From assembly GCA_046075565.1 (NCBI GenBank), contig JBJTQJ010000051.1, positions 1-15,755 of the forward strand: 15,755 nt of DNA, written 5' to 3'. The stretch's first letter is position 1. Every line of letters begins with the position of its first letter. Both the position numbers and the translations under genes were made by a program. The notes beneath the pieces were generated by a model, which ran no database searches, was not told the DNA's origin, and saw only the letters and a list, made by a program, of their open reading frames with translations. The stretch is from Verrucomicrobiales bacterium. Its GTDB lineage: Bacteria; Verrucomicrobiota; Verrucomicrobiia; Verrucomicrobiales; SLCJ01. Positions 8,678-15,211 of the stretch are shown one piece after another.

Positions 8678-8706
8678 TTGGCAGAAGGTCGCGGAATCGC
8701 CAGAAT
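8678..8706 (+). promoter_or_regulatory. Putative sigma70 promoter, leaderless geometry
   Basis: TTGGCA (8678-8683), 17 nt, CAGAAT (8701-8706), 7 nt, ATG 8714. Confidence 0.5.
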
Positions 8707-8713
8707 TCAGCGC

Positions 8714-9190
8714 ATGGCGAAAGGCCTATTGAAATGGGTGATATTACCCGCCGTCTGGCTCTGGGCGGCCCGCATGGAAAAACGCGCCCTCCTCCACGGG
8801 CGCCCGCTCAACCGCCGCGAGATGGAACTCGCGCGCCGGGCCGGGGTGCTCCACCCCGATCGCATCCGCGTGCTCGTGGTGGATGCCATGCCCTCCGCCG
8901 GGCTGCCGTGGATGCGCCATCTGGCTGCGCGCTGGGGGCTGAGCATGGACGGCGTGATCGGACTTTGCCTGCGTTATGGGATCTTCCTGCGCCGACGGCC
9001 GGCCCGGCTCGAAACCTTTGTGCACGAATGTGTGCACACCGCCCAATGTGAACGCCTTGGTGGCCTCGCCGCTTTCCTTGCCCGCTACCTTGGCGAATGC
9101 CTCGAGCACGGATACGACCGCGCCCCCATGGAGCTCGAAGCCGAAAGCGTCTGCCACCTCCTGCGCGCCCGTTCGACCGCCCTCGCCTGA
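8714..9190 (+). CDS. Hypothetical HExxH (zincin-like, DUF4157-like) protein
   Basis: FVHECVHTAQCERLGG with downstream GYDRAPMELEA (candidate third Glu ligand). Also GRPLN..E...AR..GV.HPDRIRV. ATG 8714 preferred over TTG 8678. Confidence 0.65.
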   Translation: MAKGLLKWVILPAVWLWAARMEKRALLHGRPLNRREMELARRAGVLHPDRIRVLVVDAMPSAGLPWMRHLAARWGLSMDGVIGLCLRYGIFLRRRPARLETFVHECVHTAQCERLGGLAAFLARYLGECLEHGYDRAPMELEAESVCHLLRARSTALA

Positions 9191-9197
9191 TCCCAGC

Positions 9198-9551
9198 ATG
9201 TCCGACTCCATCACCGAACTCACCGCCCGCATCCGTGTCTTCGTCGAAGCCCGCGACTGGAAACAATTCCACGGTCCCAAAGAAATGGCCACTGCCATCA
9301 GCGTCGAAGCCTCCGAGTTGCTTCAACACTTCGTCTGGCTCGATGCCGCGCAAGCGGAGGAAAAATGCGCGGCCCGCCGCAGCGAAATCGCCGACGAGAT
9401 CGCCGACGTCGGGATACTGCTCTTTGAAATGGCCGACAACCTCGGCTTCAATCTTAGAGAGCTTATGGTCGCCAAACTCGAACGCAACGAAAGCCGTTAC
9501 CCCGTCGAAAAAGCCCGGGGCTCGAACAAGAAATACAATGAACTGGGGTAA
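9198..9551 (+). CDS. MazG-like nucleotide pyrophosphohydrolase (dCTP pyrophosphatase/DCTPP1-like)
   Basis: FVEARDWKQFHGPKEMATAISVEASELLQHFVW, ADEIADV, KLERNESRYPVEKARGSNKKY; 117 aa. Starts 7 nt after the upstream stop. Confidence 0.9.
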   Translation: MSDSITELTARIRVFVEARDWKQFHGPKEMATAISVEASELLQHFVWLDAAQAEEKCAARRSEIADEIADVGILLFEMADNLGFNLRELMVAKLERNESRYPVEKARGSNKKYNELG

Positions 9552-9592
9552 GGGATCCCGTCGCGGATTCATGGCCGCTGCCCGAAGAGAAC

Positions 9593-9661
9593 CCGGAGGA
9601 TGCCGGAGGCATCCCGGCGTTTAGCCGGTGGTTGAGCGCGCTTAGCGCGCGACACCACCGG
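9593..9661. repeat. Double-hairpin REP-like intergenic element
   Basis: Hairpin 1: GGATGCC-GGA-GGCATCC (9598-9614). Hairpin 2: CCGGTGGT (9625-9632) / ACCACCGG (9654-9661) enclosing GCGCGC-TTA-GCGCGC (9636-9650). Confidence 0.6.
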
Positions 9662-9725
9662 ATCCCATAGCCGCCTTGGATCTTTCCCTCTCCCCTTGCC
9701 CATTCTGGCGCATTCACTGATTCCG

Positions 9726-9734
9726 TGCTAGATT
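9726..9734 (+). promoter_or_regulatory. Putative extended -10 promoter, leaderless geometry
   Basis: TG-C-TAGATT (9726-9734), 6 nt before ATG 9741; no Shine-Dalgarno. Confidence 0.45.
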
Positions 9735-9740
9735 CACCGC

Positions 9741-10202
9741 ATGGCATCCACAACCGCGCTTGCAAATTTGCTTTCCGCTTCTGTTTCCCCCATGCTGGTG
9801 ATTTCCGCAGCAGGGTTGTTGTTGTTGAGCATGACCAATCGCTATGGGCGCGTGATCGACCGCGCCCGGGCCTACCGCAAGCACTTCAGCAGCCTGCCCG
9901 CTGATTCACAGGAGGCACGCGCCACCTGGGAGGAACTCGCCGGCATTTGGAAACGTGCCTGCCTGCTCCGGTTGGCCATTTCCCTCGCCACGGCAAGCGT
10001 CCTCGGTGTGGTCTGCACGGTTTTCGGACTTTTCCTCCACCTGCTCGCCGACTTGCAGATTGTCCCGCTCGTGCTCGGAATATTCGGCCTATCGCTCGCT
10101 GCGCTCGCCGCTTCACTGGTCGCCTTCCTGCGCGATATGACCCTCTCGCTGAATGCTCTCGAACATGAGATCCAACAGGCCGGAGTGACGGTGAAAAAGT
10201 GA
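9741..10202 (+). CDS. DUF2721 family membrane protein
   Basis: VSPMLVISAAGLLLLSMTNRYGRVIDRAR signature, KRACLLRLAI, three hydrophobic helices, FLRDMTLSLNAL. Confidence 0.85.
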   Translation: MASTTALANLLSASVSPMLVISAAGLLLLSMTNRYGRVIDRARAYRKHFSSLPADSQEARATWEELAGIWKRACLLRLAISLATASVLGVVCTVFGLFLHLLADLQIVPLVLGIFGLSLAALAASLVAFLRDMTLSLNALEHEIQQAGVTVKK

Positions 10203-10327
10203 TCGCCACCGGGATCTCCGCCGGGATCGCTGGGATCGCCGACAGCCTGCCCGCCGGAGCCTTCGGCGAAGGCTGGGTCCCCGTCGGCACGTTTGAACCA
10301 ATGCCGACGAGGACGTCGGCGATCCCA
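10201..10327. repeat. REP/REPIN-like inverted-repeat doublet with an inserted second hairpin element and upstream GGGATC(G/T)C tandem copies
   Basis: TGGGATCGCCGAC (10231-10243) is the exact reverse complement of 10315-10327. GTCCCCGTCGGCA (10277-10289) pairs with TGCCGACGAGGAC (10302-10314), 12/13. Intervening 10244-10276 contains hairpin AGCCTTC-GGC-GAAGGCT. Confidence 0.75.
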
Positions 10328-10804
10328 TTAAGGAGACAACCAACGAGCCAGTTGTCGAGCGATAAAGACGCGAGCGAGATCCGAAGTCCGCCCGCTCAGG
10401 CAGTAAATGGCCTCGGCTTCTCCCAGAGACCCGGTGCCGTAGCGATCAAATCTGAGCAGGAGAGCTTTTTTGGTTTCGGAGGAGTTTGCCACTGGCCTTG
10501 TCGCCAGTCTTGCAAATGAGCTACCATAGTTAGGACCGACCTGCATTTCGGTGAAGTCCCGAAGCCCCGATCTTGAGGGGTACAGGAGGAATTCCCCTTC
10601 CTTGCCGTCGGCATCTGTGATGAAAATAAAGAGGTAGTGAGCCTCGCGGTGGAGAACTTTAAGCGATTGATAGGGTTCAGAAAGCGCAAGCAGACGAGGT
10701 TCGACTTGCTCCAGATTCGGCTTCTCGTAGGGGCGGAAGAGCCACGCGATCCCGGCGAGCAGGAGTAAGAGAATCCAGAGGCTGATGTGCTGCTTCTTGC
10801 TCAT
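10328..10804 (-). CDS. Hypothetical protein with N-terminal membrane anchor/signal (lower GC than neighbours)
   Basis: 158-aa ORF filling the gap, starting MSKKQHISLWILLLLLAGIAWLF. Hand counts: lines 10441 and 10621 are 30/60 and 27/60 GC, versus 42/60 for accA line 11041. Confidence 0.65.
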   Translation of the reverse strand: MSKKQHISLWILLLLLAGIAWLFRPYEKPNLEQVEPRLLALSEPYQSLKVLHREAHYLFIFITDADGKEGEFLLYPSRSGLRDFTEMQVGPNYGSSFARLATRPVANSSETKKALLLRFDRYGTGSLGEAEAIYCLSGRTSDLARVFIARQLARWLSP

Positions 10805-10881
10805 GGACCGACTCGATGGTTGACGCAGGTCGATCGTTCGTTTTGCCTCTCGACTATCTTGATCGTGAACTGTCGGTTTGC

Positions 10882-10906
10882 AAGCGTGTTATGAACCACG
10901 CTTTTT
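10882..10906 (+). terminator. Possible hairpin/terminator
   Basis: AAGCGTG (10882-10888) / CACGCTT (10897-10903) with T-run to 10906. No + strand gene directly upstream, so function is uncertain. Confidence 0.25.
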
Positions 10907-10914
10907 GCGCAGCG

Positions 10915-10946
10915 CTGGGAACGCCGACAGCTGTCGGCGATCCCAG
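10915..10946. repeat. 32-bp near-perfect palindrome of the same REP-like family, 3 nt after the accA stop
   Basis: CTGGGAACGCCGACAG-CTGTCGGCGATCCCAG (one mismatch). The right half is the exact reverse complement of 10230-10245. Confidence 0.75.
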
Positions 10947-10949
10947 GCC

Positions 10950-11912
10950 TCAACCTGCTTCCGAAAAAGCGCCGAAGCGGCGGAACTTCTCGTAGCGGCG
11001 GGCGAGGAGGTCGTCCGTGGAAAGGGCGGAGAGTTCGGCGACGGCGGCGGCGATGGCACCACCAACCGAGTCGGCGGTGGCATCAGGGTCGTGATGGGCA
11101 CCACCCTCGGGTTCGGGGATGACACCATCCACGAGGCCGAGGCCATGGAGATCGGTGGCGGTGAGCTTCATCGCTTCGGCTGCTTCGGGCGCGTGTTTCC
11201 GGTGTTTCCAAAGGATGGCAGCGCAACCCTCCGGGCTGATGACCGAATAATAGGCATTTTCGAGCATCAGGACTTTGTCGGCCACACCAATCCCAAGGGC
11301 CCCGCCAGAGCCGCCTTCGCCGATGACGATGGCGATGATGGGCACGCGCAGGAGCATCATTTCACGGAGGTTGAAGGCGATGGCCTCGGCGATGTTACGT
11401 TCTTCCGCGCCGATGCCAGGAAAGGCTCCCGGCGTATCGATGAAGGCAATGATCGGGAGTCCGAATTTTTCGCCCATGCGCATGAGGCGGAGGGATTTCC
11501 GGTAGCCTTCCGGGTGGGCGCTGCCGAAATTGCGGAGCAGATTTTCCTTTGTATCGCGGCCTTTCTGGTGACCGAGCACGACGCAATTGCGCTCGCGGAA
11601 GCGGGCGAGACCGCCAGGCATGGAATGGTCGTCGCCGACATGGCGGTCGCCGTGGAGTTCGGTGAAGTCCTCGAAGCAGGCCGCGATGTAGTCGAGGGTG
11701 AACGGACGCTGGACGTGGCGGGCGATCTGCACGCGTTGCCAGGCGGAGAGATTCTGATAGATCTGGCGGCGTTGTTCGTCCAGGCGGGCGCGCAGGTCGG
11801 CGATGGTCGGGCCGAGGTCGAGGGAGTTGCGCGCCGCTTCGTTAGTCAGTTGCTCGATTTGTTTTTCAAGTTCAAGCAACGGGCGTTCGAATTCCAAAGG
11901 CTGGACTTTCAT
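10950..11912 (-). CDS. accA: Acetyl-CoA carboxylase carboxyltransferase alpha subunit
   Basis: LEFERP, WQRVQIARH..RP, FTELHGDR, GHQKGRDTKE..RNFG, PEGYRK, IDTPGAFPGIGAEER, IGEGGSGGALG, YSVISPEGCAAILW. Confidence 0.98.
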   Translation of the reverse strand: MKVQPLEFERPLLELEKQIEQLTNEAARNSLDLGPTIADLRARLDEQRRQIYQNLSAWQRVQIARHVQRPFTLDYIAACFEDFTELHGDRHVGDDHSMPGGLARFRERNCVVLGHQKGRDTKENLLRNFGSAHPEGYRKSLRLMRMGEKFGLPIIAFIDTPGAFPGIGAEERNIAEAIAFNLREMMLLRVPIIAIVIGEGGSGGALGIGVADKVLMLENAYYSVISPEGCAAILWKHRKHAPEAAEAMKLTATDLHGLGLVDGVIPEPEGGAHHDPDATADSVGGAIAAAVAELSALSTDDLLARRYEKFRRFGAFSEAG

Positions 11913-11930
11913 GGGAAAATGATTGTGGGC

Positions 11931-12788
11931 TCAGGGTTTGAGTTCGACGGAGTTGCCGGAGCGCAGCAACAGGAGCAGGTCGGCGGCGTCCGCCTCCGAG
12001 ACGAAAACACCGAAGCCCTGCCCCGGCGTGGCCACGTCGGGAATGGAACGGATCGCCCAATCCCGGCCAATCTCAATCCATTTCTCCGCCCGCGTGGTGC
12101 CTTCGTCGGTCAGAACGACCCGTTTGCCATCGAGCACGCCAAATTTCTGGCCAACCGCGACCGTGGCGGGGATTTTCGCGCCCGGCGGGCGGCGGATTTC
12201 CCGGATGGGGAAGAGGGCGAAGAAATACTCGCCGTCCATGATGACGATGGTCTTGGCCCCGACGTCGATAATGGCCCGGAAATTGAGCGGGCAGACCCAG
12301 ACCTGGTCGTTTGGTTGCATGGCCTGGGGCCGGGAAAGGCCGGTGGCGCGGGTGATGTAGTGCCAGGTGGTTTGGTTATCGGCGGCGATTTTGTTGAGCG
12401 AGCCGCCACGGGGGATCTCGACCTTTTTCTTGCCGGGCCAGGGAATGTCGGGGTCGATCAGCCGGTCGAGATTCATTTGACCGAGCAGGCGCATGGCATC
12501 CCGCGCACGGGCGCTGTCCTTGTGATAGCGCAGCATGGCCATGAGGGCCTTGCGGCCTTCCTCGTCCTGTCCATCGCGGAGTTTCGCCACGGCAGCGTCG
12601 AATTTCTCGAGGCCAAAATCATATTGCTCGACCTTGGCCGTGCGCAGTTCCTTGATTTCGCTGCCGAGGCGTTTGTCTTTGCCATGGACGTCGCGTTTGA
12701 ACCAGAGCACCAGCCCTACGGCGACCGCAAGCAGCAGGACGGGGATGACCCAGAGGAATAGTTTGAGGACGCGGAACACCGCCGCCAT
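11931..12788 (-). CDS. Membrane-anchored LysM-like plus degenerate L,D-transpeptidase (YkuD)-like protein
   Basis: N-terminal TM and helical region. LysM-like VEIPRGGSLNKIAADNQTT..ITRATGL...NDQVWV. YkuD-like IIDVGAKTIVIMDGEYFFALFPI and D..DLLLLLRSGNSVEL. True start may be GTG 12779. Confidence 0.6.
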   Translation of the reverse strand: MAAVFRVLKLFLWVIPVLLLAVAVGLVLWFKRDVHGKDKRLGSEIKELRTAKVEQYDFGLEKFDAAVAKLRDGQDEEGRKALMAMLRYHKDSARARDAMRLLGQMNLDRLIDPDIPWPGKKKVEIPRGGSLNKIAADNQTTWHYITRATGLSRPQAMQPNDQVWVCPLNFRAIIDVGAKTIVIMDGEYFFALFPIREIRRPPGAKIPATVAVGQKFGVLDGKRVVLTDEGTTRAEKWIEIGRDWAIRSIPDVATPGQGFGVFVSEADAADLLLLLRSGNSVELKP

Positions 12789-12815
12789 TATCGGCAGGTT
12801 TGCGCCTCAGAGCAA
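12787..12815 (-). promoter_or_regulatory. Putative sigma70 promoter for the LysM gene and accA
   Basis: TTGCTC (12815-12810), 17 nt, GATAAT (12792-12787), 7 nt, in-frame GTG 12779. Confidence 0.45.
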
Positions 12816-13331
12816 GCCCCGGCGTTTGAAGTCGAAGAGATTGATACCCCGGGATTTCTGGATCATGTCGAGGCTGAATTTCAGCAGGCTGATTTCCCAT
12901 GCGTCTTCGACGCCTTCGATGACGGCGAGCATGGGATTGTTGGCCTGACGGGCATCGGCCAACACGCGTTCGCGCACGATTTCCAGCGGTTCGTGCACGA
13001 TGTGCTCGCTGATGTCGGTTTTCCGGAATTGGAAGCCGTATTTGAGGATGGCAAGGTCGGGGCCGTGCTCCTTCCACCAGCGGGCGAAGCGCTCGGCTTG
13101 CTCCCCGAAACCTTCAAATTTCATTTCCTGGAGCAGATCAGGGGTCACGATGGTCGGGCGTCCCGCCTCGATGCGGCCATCCCGCACGCGGACCTGGTTC
13201 ACCTCGTCCATCGACTCGGTAACGAGGGAAAACTGGAAGGCCGTCGCTCCGAACGTGTCGATGCGGCGGTCCGGCTCCATGAGGATCCGGGTCGTTTCGA
13301 GCGCGTATTGGATGTCGTCTTCGCGGAACAT
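12807..13331 (-). CDS. Hypothetical cytoplasmic protein
   Basis: MFREDDIQYALETT...; 174 aa with normal composition, co-oriented between acpP and the LysM gene. The longer ORF-track start (13415) crosses the acpP terminator and was rejected. Confidence 0.75.
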   Translation of the reverse strand: MFREDDIQYALETTRILMEPDRRIDTFGATAFQFSLVTESMDEVNQVRVRDGRIEAGRPTIVTPDLLQEMKFEGFGEQAERFARWWKEHGPDLAILKYGFQFRKTDISEHIVHEPLEIVRERVLADARQANNPMLAVIEGVEDAWEISLLKFSLDMIQKSRGINLFDFKRRGLL

Positions 13332-13361
13332 GCAGGCAGTAGGAGCAGAACGCGCGCCAAG

Positions 13362-13398
13362 AAAAAACGGACGGCCAGGATTGACCCGGGCGTCCGTT
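13362..13398 (-). terminator. Intrinsic terminator downstream of acpP
   Basis: Minus strand AACGGACG-C-CCGGG-TCAAT-CCTGG-C-CGTCCGTT-TTTT: GC-rich stem plus U-tract. Confidence 0.7.
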
Positions 13399-13443
13399 GA
13401 TCCGGCGCTTTTCAAGAACCGATGGCAGCCTCGTGGGCGGGCC

Positions 13444-13686
13444 TCAGTCTTTCTTGTGCTCGGTGATGTATTTCACGACGTCGCCGACGGTCTGCAGCTT
13501 CTCGCTGTCTTCGTCAGGCACATCGATGCCGAATTCTTCTTCGAAAGCCATGACGAGTTCGACGGTGTCGAGCGAGTCGGCGCCGAGGTCTTCCATGAAT
13601 TTGGCTTCGGGGGTCACCTTGTCGGGGGTGACACTGAGACGTTGCGTGATGATTTCCTTGATTTTGTCTTCGATGCTCTGGGACAT
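13444..13686 (-). CDS. acpP: Acyl carrier protein
   Basis: 80 aa, acidic. [22 protein letters not shown] phosphopantetheine motif; TVGDV. Confidence 0.98.
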   Translation of the reverse strand: MSQSIEDKIKEIITQRLSVTPDKVTPEAKFMEDLGADSLDTVELVMAFEEEFGIDVPDEDSEKLQTVGDVVKYITEHKKD

Positions 13687-13716
13687 GTTGAGAATGGTTG
13701 TTGCGGGCTGGTCGGA

Positions 13717-13745
13717 TCCCTAGCCCCGCCTGCCACTCTCCGCAA
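13717..13745 (-). promoter_or_regulatory. Putative sigma70 promoter of acpP
   Basis: TTGCGG (13745-13740), 17 nt, TAGGGA (13722-13717). Confidence 0.35.
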
Positions 13746-13754
13746 ATGGTTTCT

Positions 13755-15122
13755 TCACCCTCTCCACCTTCCCAATTGTTCCGGGAAAACGCAATTTTCG
13801 CAGGCGGAGGCGTCGTTCAGACAGAAATCGCGATAGACCTGCAATAGTCCCTGCTGGCAAGCAAAAGAGCGCAGGAGACGGCTGGCATCGGGGTGGCGGC
13901 CGAGGATCCGTTCGGCGGCCCGTTGGACGGACCGGCTGGCCTGGCGGCCGGTCAGGCGGTCGTAGTCCGCCCAAGCCGCCGGGTCGGCGAGTCCGCGCAC
14001 CGGGAGCACGGTATTGCCTAGGAAATCATTCACTCTTTCGCCTCCCACGAGGGCGACGGACTCCGGGCGGGCCTCCGAGGGCAGAGTAAAGTGGTCTGAC
14101 CAGAACGGGTGATCGAGGGCGTCGAAAAGCGCCCGCAGGGCGGGCACATCAGCGGCGTCGAGGGCAGGTCGCCATTTCGGCCACTGGCGGGCGATCATGG
14201 CGAGCACGGCTACGCGGCGCTGGGGGTGGTTGGCCGGGCGTTGGGCGGCGTAATCCCAACGCGGCGGGCGCACCAGATCGGTCCGGTATTTCCACCACGA
14301 TTCCCACAATCCGCGCAGGTAAAGCCGCGCCGCCGGGGCATTTTCGTCGTCATAGGGCCGGGCGGAGAGAAACCCCGCGTGCCCGAAAAGCAGGGCCTCC
14401 CCCTCGTCGCCGTGGGAGCGCAGCAAACGCAGCGGAATCCGCTGGGCCAGGACCCTCATGGCCTCGCGGTTGGCGTGGTAGCCAAGCATTTCGGCGAGCG
14501 CCAGATACCAGGCTTCGTCGAGGCCATGGAGACCGGCCAACCGCAGGAATCGCCGCGCCTTTTCCGTCGCCCGGTGGCGGGCTGCACCCCGGAGAAACTC
14601 CTCCACCCTTTGCACGGGCATAGTCGCCATCGGCACCGAACACCGTCCCAGCCTTGCCGCCGCTTCCCGACGCCCCGGCTCAGCTAGTGTGGCGGGCAAA
14701 ACGACCTGCACCACCCGGCGATGGTTGGCCGTGCGGGTGAAGAATTTCCCCGGCGGCTGGCGGAAAAACAAATGGAGCACGACCTCCTCGTAGAGCGGAT
14801 TCGTGGCGTGGCCGTGGCGTTCCCAGTCCCGGGCGTCGATGTCCAACTCGATGGCCCCGGCGCGGGTTTCGCCATCAATGGTGACGGCGGTATCGATGAA
14901 ATCCGGTCCGGCCGAGCGGTTCCACCACCCGAATTGGCGGATGGAAATTTTCTCACCCTCCGTGCCGGTGAATTCCCTGCCGAATTCCCCCGCATACCAG
15001 CGGCTCTGCCAGTCCAACTCCGGCACGAGGGCCGGATCGCCATCAAACAAATCCCCCTCTGCCACCCCCGCACCGAAGATGGCGTCGCGGAACCGCTCGT
15101 AAGCCGGACCATCGAATTCCAT
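13755..15122 (-). CDS. DUF2851 family protein
   Basis: GWWNRSAGPDF, GAIELD, DWERHGHATNPLYEEVVLH, LGYHAN, EALLFGHAGFL, RPANHPQRR, QGLLQ..FC...CENC. Confidence 0.88.
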   Translation of the reverse strand: MEFDGPAYERFRDAIFGAGVAEGDLFDGDPALVPELDWQSRWYAGEFGREFTGTEGEKISIRQFGWWNRSAGPDFIDTAVTIDGETRAGAIELDIDARDWERHGHATNPLYEEVVLHLFFRQPPGKFFTRTANHRRVVQVVLPATLAEPGRREAAARLGRCSVPMATMPVQRVEEFLRGAARHRATEKARRFLRLAGLHGLDEAWYLALAEMLGYHANREAMRVLAQRIPLRLLRSHGDEGEALLFGHAGFLSARPYDDENAPAARLYLRGLWESWWKYRTDLVRPPRWDYAAQRPANHPQRRVAVLAMIARQWPKWRPALDAADVPALRALFDALDHPFWSDHFTLPSEARPESVALVGGERVNDFLGNTVLPVRGLADPAAWADYDRLTGRQASRSVQRAAERILGRHPDASRLLRSFACQQGLLQVYRDFCLNDASACENCVFPEQLGRWRG

Positions 15123-15127
15123 GTCTG

Positions 15128-15206
15128 CCCATAGCCCTTTCCCCTCGGGTCACGCAAGCCAAATTCGCGGATCCCTTTTGCGTTCGGGCGGATTCTCCGG
15201 CACATT
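15128..15206. promoter_or_regulatory. Back-to-back divergent putative sigma70 promoters
   Basis: Minus: TTGCGT (15157-15152), 18 nt, TATGGG (15133-15128), 5 nt, ATG 15122. Plus: TTGCGT (15178-15183), 17 nt, CACATT (15201-15206), 5 nt, ATG 15212. Confidence 0.4.
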
Positions 15207-15211
15207 CGGCC

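Noticed and set aside
8976..9197. N-terminal extension of the MazG-like ORF
   Set aside because: It overlaps the HExxH gene; family similarity starts at ATG 9198.
9552..9740. tRNA or known riboswitch
   Set aside because: No cloverleaf or T-loop GTTC motif and no recognisable riboswitch consensus; only simple hairpins.
10201..10946. CRISPR array or integron attC cassette
   Set aside because: Repeats are mostly inverted and irregularly spaced, without unique equal-length spacers. No cas or integrase gene is present, and I saw no convincing RYYYAAC/GTTRRRY attC ends.
10878..12761. 627-aa plus-strand ORF
   Set aside because: Antisense shadow of accA and the LysM gene; long stop-free antisense frames are common in GC-rich coding DNA, and it has no recognisable motifs.
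10950..13686. Secondary-metabolite (PKS) cluster suggested by ACP plus carboxyltransferase
   Set aside because: Both are canonical primary fatty-acid synthesis proteins (AcpP, AccA); no ketosynthase or tailoring genes are present.
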